From Halomonas sp. TA22 (GTDB lineage Bacteria; Pseudomonadota; Gammaproteobacteria; Pseudomonadales; Halomonadaceae): a stretch of DNA of 32,000 bases. Positions 16,391-24,912 of this stretch are shown in pieces. The notes under the pieces were generated by a model, which made no database searches, was not told where the DNA came from, and saw nothing but the letters and a program-made list of their open reading frames with translations. Location: the NCBI RefSeq assembly GCF_013009075.1, contig NZ_CP053108.1, positions 2,776,517 through 2,808,516 of the forward strand, written 5' to 3'. Numbering within the stretch: the stretch's first letter is position 1; the number at the start of each line of letters is the position of its first letter. The translations under genes and the position numbers were made by a program.

Positions 16391-16945
16391 TCACTTCCGA
16401 CCGGTGGAAACGTCGAGCCGATTTATTCCCGGCGCTTTGACCCCTTCCAGGCTCGACTCCCCAGACGTGACACCCTGCCCTACGACGCTGAATGAACCAT
16501 CGGTTTCCAGCACCACCGCCTCCACCTCGTTCATCGTCGCCTTACCCGAGGCTCGCATCGCCGCCCTCACCTCATCCTCTGTCACGCGGGCTCTCTTCAA
16601 CGCTGCGGGCAGATAGTTGCCTTGGTAAAAAAGCAACGCCGGCTCGCCGGTCACGAGCTTGCGCACCCAGCGCTGGCGAACGCTGCTCCAGGTTACCAGG
16701 TACTGCATACCCACCAGCAAGGCAAACGCCAACGTCCCCTGGGCCAGGGTCACCTCCTTGCTGAGCATGACCGTCGCCATCACCGAGCCGAGGGCGACGG
16801 TGACCACCAGGTCGAAGGCGTTCATCTTGGAGAGCGTGCGACGTCCGGAAATACGCAGGAGAGCCACCAGGCTCGCATAACCCAATAGGCCCAGCATCAG
16901 GGTGCGCATGAGCGCCTGCCAATTATCGTAAAAGATGGGATCCAA
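16391..16945 (-). CDS. DUF421 (YetF-like) membrane protein
   Basis: The sequence ...FYDNWQALMRTLMLGLLGYASLVALLRISGRRTLSKMNAFDLVVTVALGSVMATVML... shows the typical DUF421 N-terminal membrane region plus a C-terminal soluble domain. The track start is TTG 16966. I prefer TTG 16943-16945 because GAGGAGG (complement of 16951-16957) lies 5 nt upstream. The start is uncertain. Confidence 0.7.
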   Translation of the reverse strand: MDPIFYDNWQALMRTLMLGLLGYASLVALLRISGRRTLSKMNAFDLVVTVALGSVMATVMLSKEVTLAQGTLAFALLVGMQYLVTWSSVRQRWVRKLVTGEPALLFYQGNYLPAALKRARVTEDEVRAAMRASGKATMNEVEAVVLETDGSFSVVGQGVTSGESSLEGVKAPGINRLDVSTGRK

Positions 16946-17187
16946 AACTGCCTCCTCGTTATCCAACCATCAGCGTAGCCTCTTGGCCGAGCCCTGCCTT
17001 GACGGAAACTCGTTCGCGGGCTAAAAAAGAGGCATAGTGCATGCAAGCCTTCGTTTGCCCCCTCTTGCCTAGCCTCTTGTCTATCCACCTGCTCCTGCCC
17101 CTCATTAGCATCATGGGTTAGCACCATGGCATCGTCGCAGTAGCATAGTGATGCCGCGATAATCTCCAACAATGACAAGGAACCGTA

Positions 17188-18468
17188 ATGACCGATATAG
17201 CCATGAACCAGCCAACCATCGATGGCGAGCGTCTCTGGAAATCGCTGATGGACCTCGCCAAGCTCGGTGCCACTCCCAAGGGAGGCGTCAATCGCCAGGC
17301 AATGACCGATCTCGACCGCCAGGGGCGCGACCTGTTCATCGAGTGGTGTCGTGCCGAGGGGTGCAGCGTCCGAATCGATGCCATCGGCAATATCTTCGCT
17401 CGCCGCCCTGGCAGCGACCCTCATGCCAAGAGTGTGATGATTGGCAGCCATATCGATACCCAGCCCACTGGCGGTAAATACGATGGCACCTTTGGGGTGC
17501 TGGCCGGGCTCGAAGTGATCCGCACGCTCAACCAGCATGGCGTTACCACCCGTGCCCCGATCGAGGTGGTCGCCTGGACCAATGAGGAAGGATGCCGCTT
17601 TGCCCCCTGCATGATGGGCTCCGGCGTGTTCGCCGGCCAGCTCTCTCTCGAGGAGATGCTTTTGCGCACCGATGCCGAGGGCATCACCGCTGGCGATGCC
17701 CTGCAAGCGATCGGCTACGTCGGCAGCGACAAGGTCGAGCCCAGCGAGATCGCCGCCTACTTCGAAGCGCATATCGAGCAGGGGCCGATTCTCGAGGATA
17801 CCGGTACAACCGTTGGTGTGGTGATTGGCGCGCTGGGTCAGAAGTGGTTCGACCTGACCCTGACCGGCAACGAGGCTCATGCCGGCCCCACGCCGATGAA
17901 TTTGCGCAATGACGCCCTGCTAGGGGCCGCCGAGCTGGTGCAGGCCGTCAACCGGATCGCCGAGCAGCATCAGCCTCATGGCCGCGGCACCGTGGGTTGC
18001 CTCAACGTGCATCCCGGCTCGCGCAACGTGATTCCCGGGCAGATCAAAATGACCATCGACATGCGCCATCTCGAGCCGGCAAAACTCGACTCCATGGCAG
18101 AGGCGTTGACTCAGACCATCAATGAGGTCGCTGCACGCCATGGGCTCAAGGCAGAGCTGACCCCCACCGCCGACTTCCCTGCGGAGAATTTCGACGAAGC
18201 GTGCGTGCAGGCCGTCCGTGAAGGCGCCCAGCGGCACGGCATCTCGCATATGGATATCGTCAGCGGGGCCGGGCACGATGCCATCTTCATCGCCCGGATC
18301 GCGCCTGCGGCGATGATCTTCGTGCCCTGCGAGAAGGGCATCAGCCACAACGAGAGCGAGAGTGCCGAACCCGATGACCTGGCCGCGGGTTGCAACGTGC
18401 TGCTGCATGCGGTGCTCAAGGCGGCGGTGGACGAAACCACGCAACAGCCGATGGCGACCAGCGCCTGA
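17188..18468 (+). CDS. M20-family Zn-dependent amidohydrolase (allantoate amidohydrolase / N-carbamoyl-L-amino-acid hydrolase type)
   Basis: 426 aa with the motifs GSHIDTQPTGGKYDG, GVLAGLEVIR, VVAWTNEEGCRF, EAHIEQGP and SGAGHDA typical of the AmaB/HyuC/AllC subgroup. AAGGAA lies upstream of the ATG. Substrate cannot be inferred. The antisense ORF 16897..17880 is a shadow. Confidence 0.85.
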   Translation: MTDIAMNQPTIDGERLWKSLMDLAKLGATPKGGVNRQAMTDLDRQGRDLFIEWCRAEGCSVRIDAIGNIFARRPGSDPHAKSVMIGSHIDTQPTGGKYDGTFGVLAGLEVIRTLNQHGVTTRAPIEVVAWTNEEGCRFAPCMMGSGVFAGQLSLEEMLLRTDAEGITAGDALQAIGYVGSDKVEPSEIAAYFEAHIEQGPILEDTGTTVGVVIGALGQKWFDLTLTGNEAHAGPTPMNLRNDALLGAAELVQAVNRIAEQHQPHGRGTVGCLNVHPGSRNVIPGQIKMTIDMRHLEPAKLDSMAEALTQTINEVAARHGLKAELTPTADFPAENFDEACVQAVREGAQRHGISHMDIVSGAGHDAIFIARIAPAAMIFVPCEKGISHNESESAEPDDLAAGCNVLLHAVLKAAVDETTQQPMATSA

Positions 18469-18488
18469 ATCAAGTGATCGCATGCGAT

Positions 18489-18511
18489 GGGCGCCGGCAA
18501 CGCAGGCGCCC
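18489..18511. terminator. GC-rich hairpin between convergent genes (weak terminator candidate)
   Basis: GGGCGCC (18489-18495) pairs with GGCGCCC (18505-18511) across a 9-nt loop. There is no T-tract. An adjacent 12-bp palindrome ATCGCATGCGAT lies at 18477-18488. Confidence 0.3.
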
Positions 18512-18529
18512 TGCATGTCATGCCAATAC

Positions 18530-20890
18530 TTAGAAAAGCCCCAGCTGCTGATCGATCAACGCCGTGAAGTCGTCGCCGACGAAGGGCAGGATGGCATCGG
18601 CGATCGGTTGCAGCTGGCGTGTCACATAGTGATGATAGTCGATGGCCGAGCGGCGTATCTCCAGGGGCTCCGGCCCCGACAGGGTGATCACGTAGCTGAT
18701 CCAGCCACCGCTCTGATACTGTTTAGGCCGGCCCAGCTGGGCGTTGTATTCATCGGCCATCCGCGCCGCGCGTACATGGGGAGGCACGTTGCGCCGGTAG
18801 TCATCCAGTCTGCGCCTCAGCCGCTTGCGGTAGATCAGGCGCTCGTCGAACTCACCGGCAAGCGTGCGCTTGACGTAGTCGCGCAGATAGTCGCGGTGCG
18901 GCTCACCAGTGAATATCCGCCGGTAGAGCTCCTGCTGGAAGGTCTTGGCCAGCGGCGACCAGTCGGCGCGTACCGACTCCAACCCCTTGAAGAGCAGCCG
19001 CTCGCTCCCATCAGCCTCTCGGACCAGTCCCGCATAGCGTTTCTTGCTGCCCTCCTCGGCACCGCGAATGGTAGGCATCAGGAAACGACGGAAATGCGTC
19101 TCGAACTGAAGCTCCAACGCACTCTCCAAGCAATAGGCATGGCGGAGGTGCTCACGCCACCACTGATTGGTGTGGTCCGTGAGGTGCCGTCCGATCGACT
19201 GGGCTTGCGGTTCCTCATGCACCTCGCCAAGCCAGACGAACAGCGAGTCGGTATCACCATAGATAACGGTATATCCCCGCGCCTCGATCAATTCGCGAGT
19301 GCGTCGCATGATCTCGTGACCACGCAAGGTAATCGATGAGGCCAGGCGCGGGTCGAAGAATCGGCAACCCCGTGACCCCAGCACACCATAGAAGGAATTC
19401 ATGATGATCTTGAGCGCCTGGGAGAGCGGTGCATTGCCTTCGCGCTTTGCCGCCTCACGGCCTTCCCATACTCGCGCCACCATCTCGGGCAAGGCGTGCC
19501 GGGTGCGGGAGAATTGCGCGCCACGAAAGCCTGCCACGGCGGCGTCGGGCTCGTGCAACCCTTCCACCAGCCCCACCGGGTCGATCAGGAAAGTGCGGAT
19601 GATCGACGGATAGAGGCTCTTGAAATCGAGCACCAGCACCGAGTCGTAGAGACCGGGACGTGAGTCCATGACGAAGCCACCCGGACTCTCCTCACCTGCC
19701 CGCCCTCCAAGCGTTGGCGCGACGAATCCCAGCCGGTGCATGCGTGGCAGGTAGAGATGCGAGAACGCCGCGACCGAGCCGCCACTGCGGTCGGTAGGCA
19801 AGCCAGTGACCACGGCGCGCTCGAGCAGGAAGTCGATCAACCTGGTCTTCTCGAATATGCGGGTGACCAGTTCGCAATCCTTGAGGTTGTAACGCGCAAG
19901 AGCCGGCTTGTCCTCGGCGAACATGCGGTTGATCTCGTCCATACGCTGGTAGGGGTTGTCGATCGCCTTACCTTCACCAAGCAGTTGCTGGGCAACGTTC
20001 TCCAGGCTGAACGAGGTGAAGTGCCAGGTCGCCTGGCGTAGCATCTCGATGCCATCGATGATCAGCCGACCAGCGGCCGAGGCGAAGAAATGATTGGCGT
20101 TGCTGCCATGGGCCCGCCACTCCATCGGCTCGCCACCGCGTCCAAGCAGCAGCGGCACACCACATTGCTCGGCATGTCGCTGCAGAATGCGCAGATCGAA
20201 CTGCACCAGATTCCAGCCGATGATCGCATCCGGATCATGCCGGGCAATCCAGTCGTTGAGTCGCGCAAGCAGCGCCTGACGAGTGTTGCAGTATTCGAGA
20301 GCGAAGTCGCAATGGGTATCGGCGTGATGCTGGGCCGCGCCGAGCATGTAGACCTGGCGCTCACCGCACCCTTCCACGGCGATGGAGTAGAGCTCACCCC
20401 GCTCGCTGGTCTCGATGTCAAGCGAGGCAAGCCTGAGCCGAGGACGATAGTCAGGAGCGGGCTTGAGCTGTGTCGCGGTCGGTGTCCCCCCACCATCCGC
20501 CTCGCTCGTAAACCACACCGGTGCCGTGATGAAGCGCTCCATCAGGTAGCGGTCAGGCGGGCGAATATCGGCCTCGAACATCTCGATTCCCGCCTCGCGA
20601 AGTCGCCTCTCGATATTCAGCAACTGCCGATACTGCCGGCAGTAGAGGCCGAATACCGGACGGTGGTCGAAATCGCAAAGGGAGAGTTCTCGAAGCTCGA
20701 ACTCGCGCTCGCCACGCAGCAGTTTCTCTGCGCGCTCACGCTGCTCGCTGGGAATGAAAGCCACCGAGGGCTGGGCCGACAGGCGTACCTGACGCGGACC
20801 GTCGTCGGTCGCCAACCAGAATGCTATCTCGGTCCCCGCGGGCGTATCGCGCCAGTGCCGGGTCAGCACGAAGCCCTGCTGTCGTTCCAC
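18530..20890 (-). CDS. polB: DNA polymerase II (family B)
   Basis: 786 aa. The N-terminus [32 protein letters not shown] is very close to E. coli Pol II as I recall it. Motifs present: Exo [10 protein letters not shown], polymerase motif [12 protein letters not shown], motif [13 protein letters not shown] and motif [13 protein letters not shown] start 20888-20890 with GAGGGGG upstream. Confidence 0.95.
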   Translation of the reverse strand: MERQQGFVLTRHWRDTPAGTEIAFWLATDDGPRQVRLSAQPSVAFIPSEQRERAEKLLRGEREFELRELSLCDFDHRPVFGLYCRQYRQLLNIERRLREAGIEMFEADIRPPDRYLMERFITAPVWFTSEADGGGTPTATQLKPAPDYRPRLRLASLDIETSERGELYSIAVEGCGERQVYMLGAAQHHADTHCDFALEYCNTRQALLARLNDWIARHDPDAIIGWNLVQFDLRILQRHAEQCGVPLLLGRGGEPMEWRAHGSNANHFFASAAGRLIIDGIEMLRQATWHFTSFSLENVAQQLLGEGKAIDNPYQRMDEINRMFAEDKPALARYNLKDCELVTRIFEKTRLIDFLLERAVVTGLPTDRSGGSVAAFSHLYLPRMHRLGFVAPTLGGRAGEESPGGFVMDSRPGLYDSVLVLDFKSLYPSIIRTFLIDPVGLVEGLHEPDAAVAGFRGAQFSRTRHALPEMVARVWEGREAAKREGNAPLSQALKIIMNSFYGVLGSRGCRFFDPRLASSITLRGHEIMRRTRELIEARGYTVIYGDTDSLFVWLGEVHEEPQAQSIGRHLTDHTNQWWREHLRHAYCLESALELQFETHFRRFLMPTIRGAEEGSKKRYAGLVREADGSERLLFKGLESVRADWSPLAKTFQQELYRRIFTGEPHRDYLRDYVKRTLAGEFDERLIYRKRLRRRLDDYRRNVPPHVRAARMADEYNAQLGRPKQYQSGGWISYVITLSGPEPLEIRRSAIDYHHYVTRQLQPIADAILPFVGDDFTALIDQQLGLF

Positions 20891-21038
20891 CGCGCCCCCT
20901 CGTTACGCCAATCGGTGTGGCATGTTACTGGCTAGGGCGAAGGTTGTCGCCGATCCTACGCACGATCATTACGCCGCTGACAACCGACCCAGGACGTCTG
21001 GGCCGGTTGCCGAGGAACAGCTGAAGTAAAGGGACCGG

Positions 21039-21872
21039 TTACTGGCTCAATACCGCAGCGCAGGCCGGTGGCAGAGTACGCCCCGGGCTTGGATAGACCT
21101 CCGGTCGCGGCGTCGGCGCAAATGCCTGGCAGCCTTCACCGGGCGGCGGCTCGGGCTGGTCGACACACTCTGTGGCACCCGCTGGGCAGCGCAGGCGAAC
21201 ATGCAGGTGCTCATCGTGGGAGTGCCAGGGTCGGATCCGGCGCAGCCAGGAGCGGTCGTCCCATTCACGCTCGCAGAGGTCACGCTTGACCGCGCCATCG
21301 ACGAATATCCGCGCCACTCGAGGGTCATCCGCCGCCAGGCGTATCAAGGTGGCATGTTCATCGCTCCAGCGCTCATCGACGCGATTGGTGACGGGATCGA
21401 CCAGAATCGGCTGATCGAGATCCTCGCGCTCGCTGCGCTCCAGCCTGGGCAGATCGAGGCGAAACCAGATATCGACATCCAGCCCGCTCTGGTGGCTGAC
21501 ATGCCCGTATGGCATCGGGCCACCCCGCGGCTGCGCCATGTCACCCACCAGTATCGGGCCGAACCCGGACTCATCGACTCGATGGCCGAGATTGTCGATG
21601 TAATCGATCAGCATGGGATGGCCGTAATGGCGGTTGCGGTCCATGTCCACCGCCTGATAGCCAACGCCCTCCGGGGGAAGCTGCTCGGCCCCGACCAGGC
21701 AGGCCCCGCCATGATGGCCGATGATGCGGGGCTCGCCGGGCAACGGCTCGGTGACATCGGCCCAGTCATCGGCGGCAAGGGCAGTGGTGCTTGCAAGCCC
21801 ACAGGCGGCGGTGAGAGCAAGCAGCGTTGCAGTCGCGCTTGCCAGACGTCGCGGGGAGCGAAAACAAAGCAT
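21039..21872 (-). CDS. mepA: Penicillin-insensitive murein DD-endopeptidase MepA
   Basis: Track ORF 21039..22112 is trimmed to ATG 21870-21872 (MLCFRSPRRLASATATLLALTAACGLASTTALA, a signal peptide). LAS-type metallopeptidase motifs are present: GHVSHQSGLDVDIW and PWHSHDEHLHVRLRCP. The extra upstream codons overlap the preceding gene. Confidence 0.85.
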   Translation of the reverse strand: MLCFRSPRRLASATATLLALTAACGLASTTALAADDWADVTEPLPGEPRIIGHHGGACLVGAEQLPPEGVGYQAVDMDRNRHYGHPMLIDYIDNLGHRVDESGFGPILVGDMAQPRGGPMPYGHVSHQSGLDVDIWFRLDLPRLERSEREDLDQPILVDPVTNRVDERWSDEHATLIRLAADDPRVARIFVDGAVKRDLCEREWDDRSWLRRIRPWHSHDEHLHVRLRCPAGATECVDQPEPPPGEGCQAFAPTPRPEVYPSPGRTLPPACAAVLSQ

Positions 21873-21906
21873 AGATAGAGCATCCTCGTTGATTAAACTT
21901 TTCCAC

Positions 21907-23124
21907 TCAGCGTTGTTGTCGAGCAAGCCACTCGAGCCCGGGGCGATAGAGCATGTCGTGCTCGCCATCGAAGAGCACAAGCTCGGCAAGCCCTGACTGC
22001 AGATAGAGCAGTACCGGTGCGTCGGCTTCATCGAAACGAGCGAAATCGCGCTGCTCGTGCTCCGAACGCTCGGCGAGCGCCTGCGGCACCTCGCCACTCG
22101 CCATGAGCTCATCGATCTGCTCCTGCGGAATGCGATCCTCCTCGGCCGCCAGGCCGTTGAAGGCGTTCAACGCCTGCTCAGGCGGCACGGTATCGTCATC
22201 GATGCCATGCGCGATCAGCACACGAATGTCGCCTGCCACTTCAGGTAGGCGCGCGCTGGCACTGCGTTGGATGCACTCGTCATGGGCCTCGCTGCCTTCG
22301 CTCGGCTCGCCGCCACACGCACTGGCAATCTCATCGGCGTACTTCTCGCCACGCTCGGCATTCCACCCATACCAGGTCACCAGGTTGTAGACAGGCACCC
22401 ACGCGGCCACGCCAGCGAATACATCTGGGTTGCGGCTGGCCAGATGCAGCGCATTGAGCGCTCCACCGGAGTAGCCAAGAAGGTAGATGCGCGACTCATC
22501 GATGTTGGCATTGTCACGCGCGTATTCGAGGGCATCCTCCATATCGGATATGACCAGCTCGGAGGCCGTTGACTCGGGACGGCCATCGTTCTGACCACGG
22601 AAATCCGGGTGAATGAAGACCCAGTCATTGGCCACGGCGAACTGCCCCAAGGGAATATCGATGTTCTGAAGGTAATTGGTGCTCCAGCTGTGGAGCACCA
22701 GCAGCAGCGGCTTCTCTTCGTCGGAGCCGGAGTCATAGTAGAGCGCCGGCTGACTGGCCTCATCGACCGATGAGGTGATCTCGATATCCTGGATATCCGG
22801 AATATACTCCTGCCAGACCGACAGCTCGGCATCGATGGTGGTGCCTGGGAAATCACTGGCGAGGAGATGCTCGCTTGGATGCTCAAGCGTTACCTCAACA
22901 GGATCGTCGGCGCCGAGCAGGGTGCCCGGCTCGGGCTCGGTGGCCAACGCCGCCCCAGACGAGGACAAACCGACGAAGGCGGCAAGACCAAACGCAAAGC
23001 GCCAAGCGCCTTCCGAATGGCCACATTCCGAGGGCAGGTCCAGCACCTGGCGTGAATCTGTGAGGTCATGGTGATATGTGGCATGCCCTTGCGGTAAAGG
23101 CGACGTATGGTTCGACGTTTTCAT
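21907..23124 (-). CDS. Alpha/beta-hydrolase (S9 peptidase / esterase-like), membrane-anchored or secreted
   Basis: 405 aa. It has a hydrophobic segment WRFAFGLAAFVGLSSSGAALA after a 40-residue His-rich N-terminus. The nucleophile elbow is GYSGG, the acid region is AHGIDDDTVP and the His is in FDGEHDM, giving Ser-Asp-His order. GGGAGAG lies upstream of ATG 23122-23124. Confidence 0.75.
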   Translation of the reverse strand: MKTSNHTSPLPQGHATYHHDLTDSRQVLDLPSECGHSEGAWRFAFGLAAFVGLSSSGAALATEPEPGTLLGADDPVEVTLEHPSEHLLASDFPGTTIDAELSVWQEYIPDIQDIEITSSVDEASQPALYYDSGSDEEKPLLLVLHSWSTNYLQNIDIPLGQFAVANDWVFIHPDFRGQNDGRPESTASELVISDMEDALEYARDNANIDESRIYLLGYSGGALNALHLASRNPDVFAGVAAWVPVYNLVTWYGWNAERGEKYADEIASACGGEPSEGSEAHDECIQRSASARLPEVAGDIRVLIAHGIDDDTVPPEQALNAFNGLAAEEDRIPQEQIDELMASGEVPQALAERSEHEQRDFARFDEADAPVLLYLQSGLAELVLFDGEHDMLYRPGLEWLARQQR

Positions 23125-23355
23125 GGTGGCTCTCCCTGAGATTGTCTTTATCCTGCGTCGGCACCCCGCCTCATGGCGGCAATGAGTTGGCTCTTACGAG
23201 TAGGCCTCGAAAGGACCCGCATCCAATACGTTAGTTAACAAGGTAGTATAAGGAGGACGGCCTTCCCATAAGGTGAGCGGTTTTACCTGGCTGCCATCTC
23301 CCGCTGGCCTACTTTTTGATGACAATGACGTCATGACACGCCAGCGAGACGACTG

Positions 23356-23496
23356 ATGGTAAAAGCAACCGCCCTTGCCTTGCTGATGCTAGGCACCTCC
23401 CTTGCGACCAGTGCCCATGCCCCACCAAATGAGGCACTGGCGGAAGCGGCCAGAAACGTGACCTTCTATGATAATTGCATGCAGCGTCGTGAGTGA
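23356..23496 (+). CDS. Candidate 46-aa secreted peptide (weakly supported)
   Basis: My own translation is MVKATALALLMLGTSLATSAHA/PPNEALAEAARNVTFYDNCMQRRE*. It has a signal-peptide-like N-terminus with an A-x-A site. Weaknesses: third-position G/C is only about 59%, and the SD (GAGACG) is poor. Confidence 0.2.
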   Translation: MVKATALALLMLGTSLATSAHAPPNEALAEAARNVTFYDNCMQRRE

Positions 23497-23712
23497 GCGC
23501 CGAAAGAGGGTTCATCGCCCTTGCAGCAGGCAATTGCCTCAAAAAAAACTTGAGCCTTGTTCTCGACTTGGCCATCATCTGCGCCCTCTTACCGGGCTCA
23601 TGGGGGCTGGGTGAGACCATGACCAAGGTGACATCGGGCCAGTGTGATTTCCCTTATCGCACAAGACCGATTAGCCTCGACCCCTGTTGAATTTCGATTT
23701 GGAGGCGAACGC

Positions 23713-24912
23713 ATGAGCAAAGCCTTGATTATTGGCGCCGGCGGCGTCGGTGGTGTCGTGACTCACAAGTGCGCGCAGCATCCCGAGGTGTTCCACGAGA
23801 TCTGTCTGGCCAGTCGCAACGAAGCGAAGTGCAAGGCGATAGCCGAGCAGCTCGACCGCCCCATCCAAACCGCCCAAGTCGATGCCGACGATGTCGAAGC
23901 GCTGGTCGCGCTGATCGAGTCGTTCAAGCCGGACGTGCTGATCCATGTGGCCCTGCCCTACCAGGACCTGACCATCATGGAGGCCTGCCTGCGTACCGGC
24001 GTGCCCTATCTCGACACCGCCAACTACGAGCATCCGGACGAGGCCAAGTTCGAGTACAAGGAGCAGTGGGCCTTCCACGACCGCTACGTCAAGGCGGGCA
24101 ACATGGCCACCCTGGGCTGCGGCTTCGACCCGGGCATGACCAACATCTACTGCGCCTACGCCCAGAAGAACCTGTTCGACGAGATCCACCGCATCGATAT
24201 CCTCGATGCCAATGGGGGCGATCACGGCTACCCCTTCGCCACCAACTTCAACCCCGAGATCAACATTCGCGAGATCACCGCGAATGGCCGCTACTGGGAA
24301 AAAGGCGAGTGGATGGAGACCCCGCCGCTGGCCGAGAAGCGCAAGTTCGACTTCGACGGCATCGGCGAGAAGGACATCTACCTGCTCTATCACGAGGAGC
24401 TGGAATCGCTGTCCCGTAACATCAAGGGGCTGGAGCGCATCCGTTTCTGGATGACCTTCTCCGAGAGGTATATCACTCACCTGAAGGTCCTCGAGAACGT
24501 CGGCATGACCAGCATCGAGCCGATCGAGGTCGATGGCTGCAAGATCTCCCCGCTGCAGTTCCTCAAGGCGGTACTTCCCGATCCAGCCTCGCTCGGCCCG
24601 CGCACCAAGGGCAAGACCAACATTGGCATCATTGCCGACGGCATCAAGGGCGGCAAGCGGCGCAAAGTGTACATCTACAACATCTGCGACCATGAGGAGA
24701 GCTATGCGGAAGTAAAGTCGCAGGCGATCTCCTACACCACCGGCGTGCCAGCAGTGACCGGTGCCATGCTGATGCTCCAGGGCATCTGGAAGGGCGAAGG
24801 CGTATTCAACGTCGAGCAGCTCGATCCGGACCCGTTCATGGAGCGCATCGGCGAGATGGGCCTGCCGTGGCAAATGGTCGAGCTCGATCCGGACCACGAC
24901 CCGCTGGCATGA
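23713..24912 (+). CDS. Carboxynorspermidine/carboxyspermidine dehydrogenase (saccharopine-dehydrogenase family)
   Basis: Track ORF 23644..24912 is trimmed to ATG 23713 (GGAGG 7 nt upstream). The sequence MSKALIIGAGGVGGVVTHKCAQ... has a Rossmann motif, then ...LDTANYEHPDEAKFEYKEQWAFHDRY...GCGFDPGMTNIY...NFNPEINIREI, typical of CANSDH. The stop overlaps the start of the next gene. Confidence 0.88.
   Translation: MSKALIIGAGGVGGVVTHKCAQHPEVFHEICLASRNEAKCKAIAEQLDRPIQTAQVDADDVEALVALIESFKPDVLIHVALPYQDLTIMEACLRTGVPYLDTANYEHPDEAKFEYKEQWAFHDRYVKAGNMATLGCGFDPGMTNIYCAYAQKNLFDEIHRIDILDANGGDHGYPFATNFNPEINIREITANGRYWEKGEWMETPPLAEKRKFDFDGIGEKDIYLLYHEELESLSRNIKGLERIRFWMTFSERYITHLKVLENVGMTSIEPIEVDGCKISPLQFLKAVLPDPASLGPRTKGKTNIGIIADGIKGGKRRKVYIYNICDHEESYAEVKSQAISYTTGVPAVTGAMLMLQGIWKGEGVFNVEQLDPDPFMERIGEMGLPWQMVELDPDHDPLA

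Noticed and set aside
16897-17880. 327-aa minus-strand ORF opposite the M20 amidohydrolase, overlapping the DUF421 start region
   Set aside because: The plus-strand gene carries all M20 motifs. The antisense product is low-complexity (G/A/H/D-rich) and would overlap two well-supported genes.
18362-20935. Plus-strand ORFs 18362..19339 (325 aa) and 20090..20935 (281 aa) inside polB
   Set aside because: polB on the minus strand is unambiguous, with Exo I and Pol A/B/C motifs. These are antisense shadows.
21042-21058. LexA-box-like TACTGGCTCAATACCGCAG upstream of polB
   Set aside because: The spacing is CTG-N11-CAG rather than N10, and the flanks do not fit CTGT-N8-ACAG. It also overlaps the mepA stop about 150 bp from polB. 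It is reported only as part of the direct-repeat finding.
23309-23626. 105-aa minus-strand ORF in the long spacer upstream of the polyamine genes
   Set aside because: It has no SD, mixed codon bias and no recognisable motif, and it overlaps the palindromes. It is more likely non-coding.
23671-24897. 408-aa minus-strand ORF opposite the carboxynorspermidine dehydrogenase gene
   Set aside because: Shadow ORF. The plus strand has a Rossmann motif, a good SD and ATGA coupling to nspC, and the antisense protein has no recognisable features.
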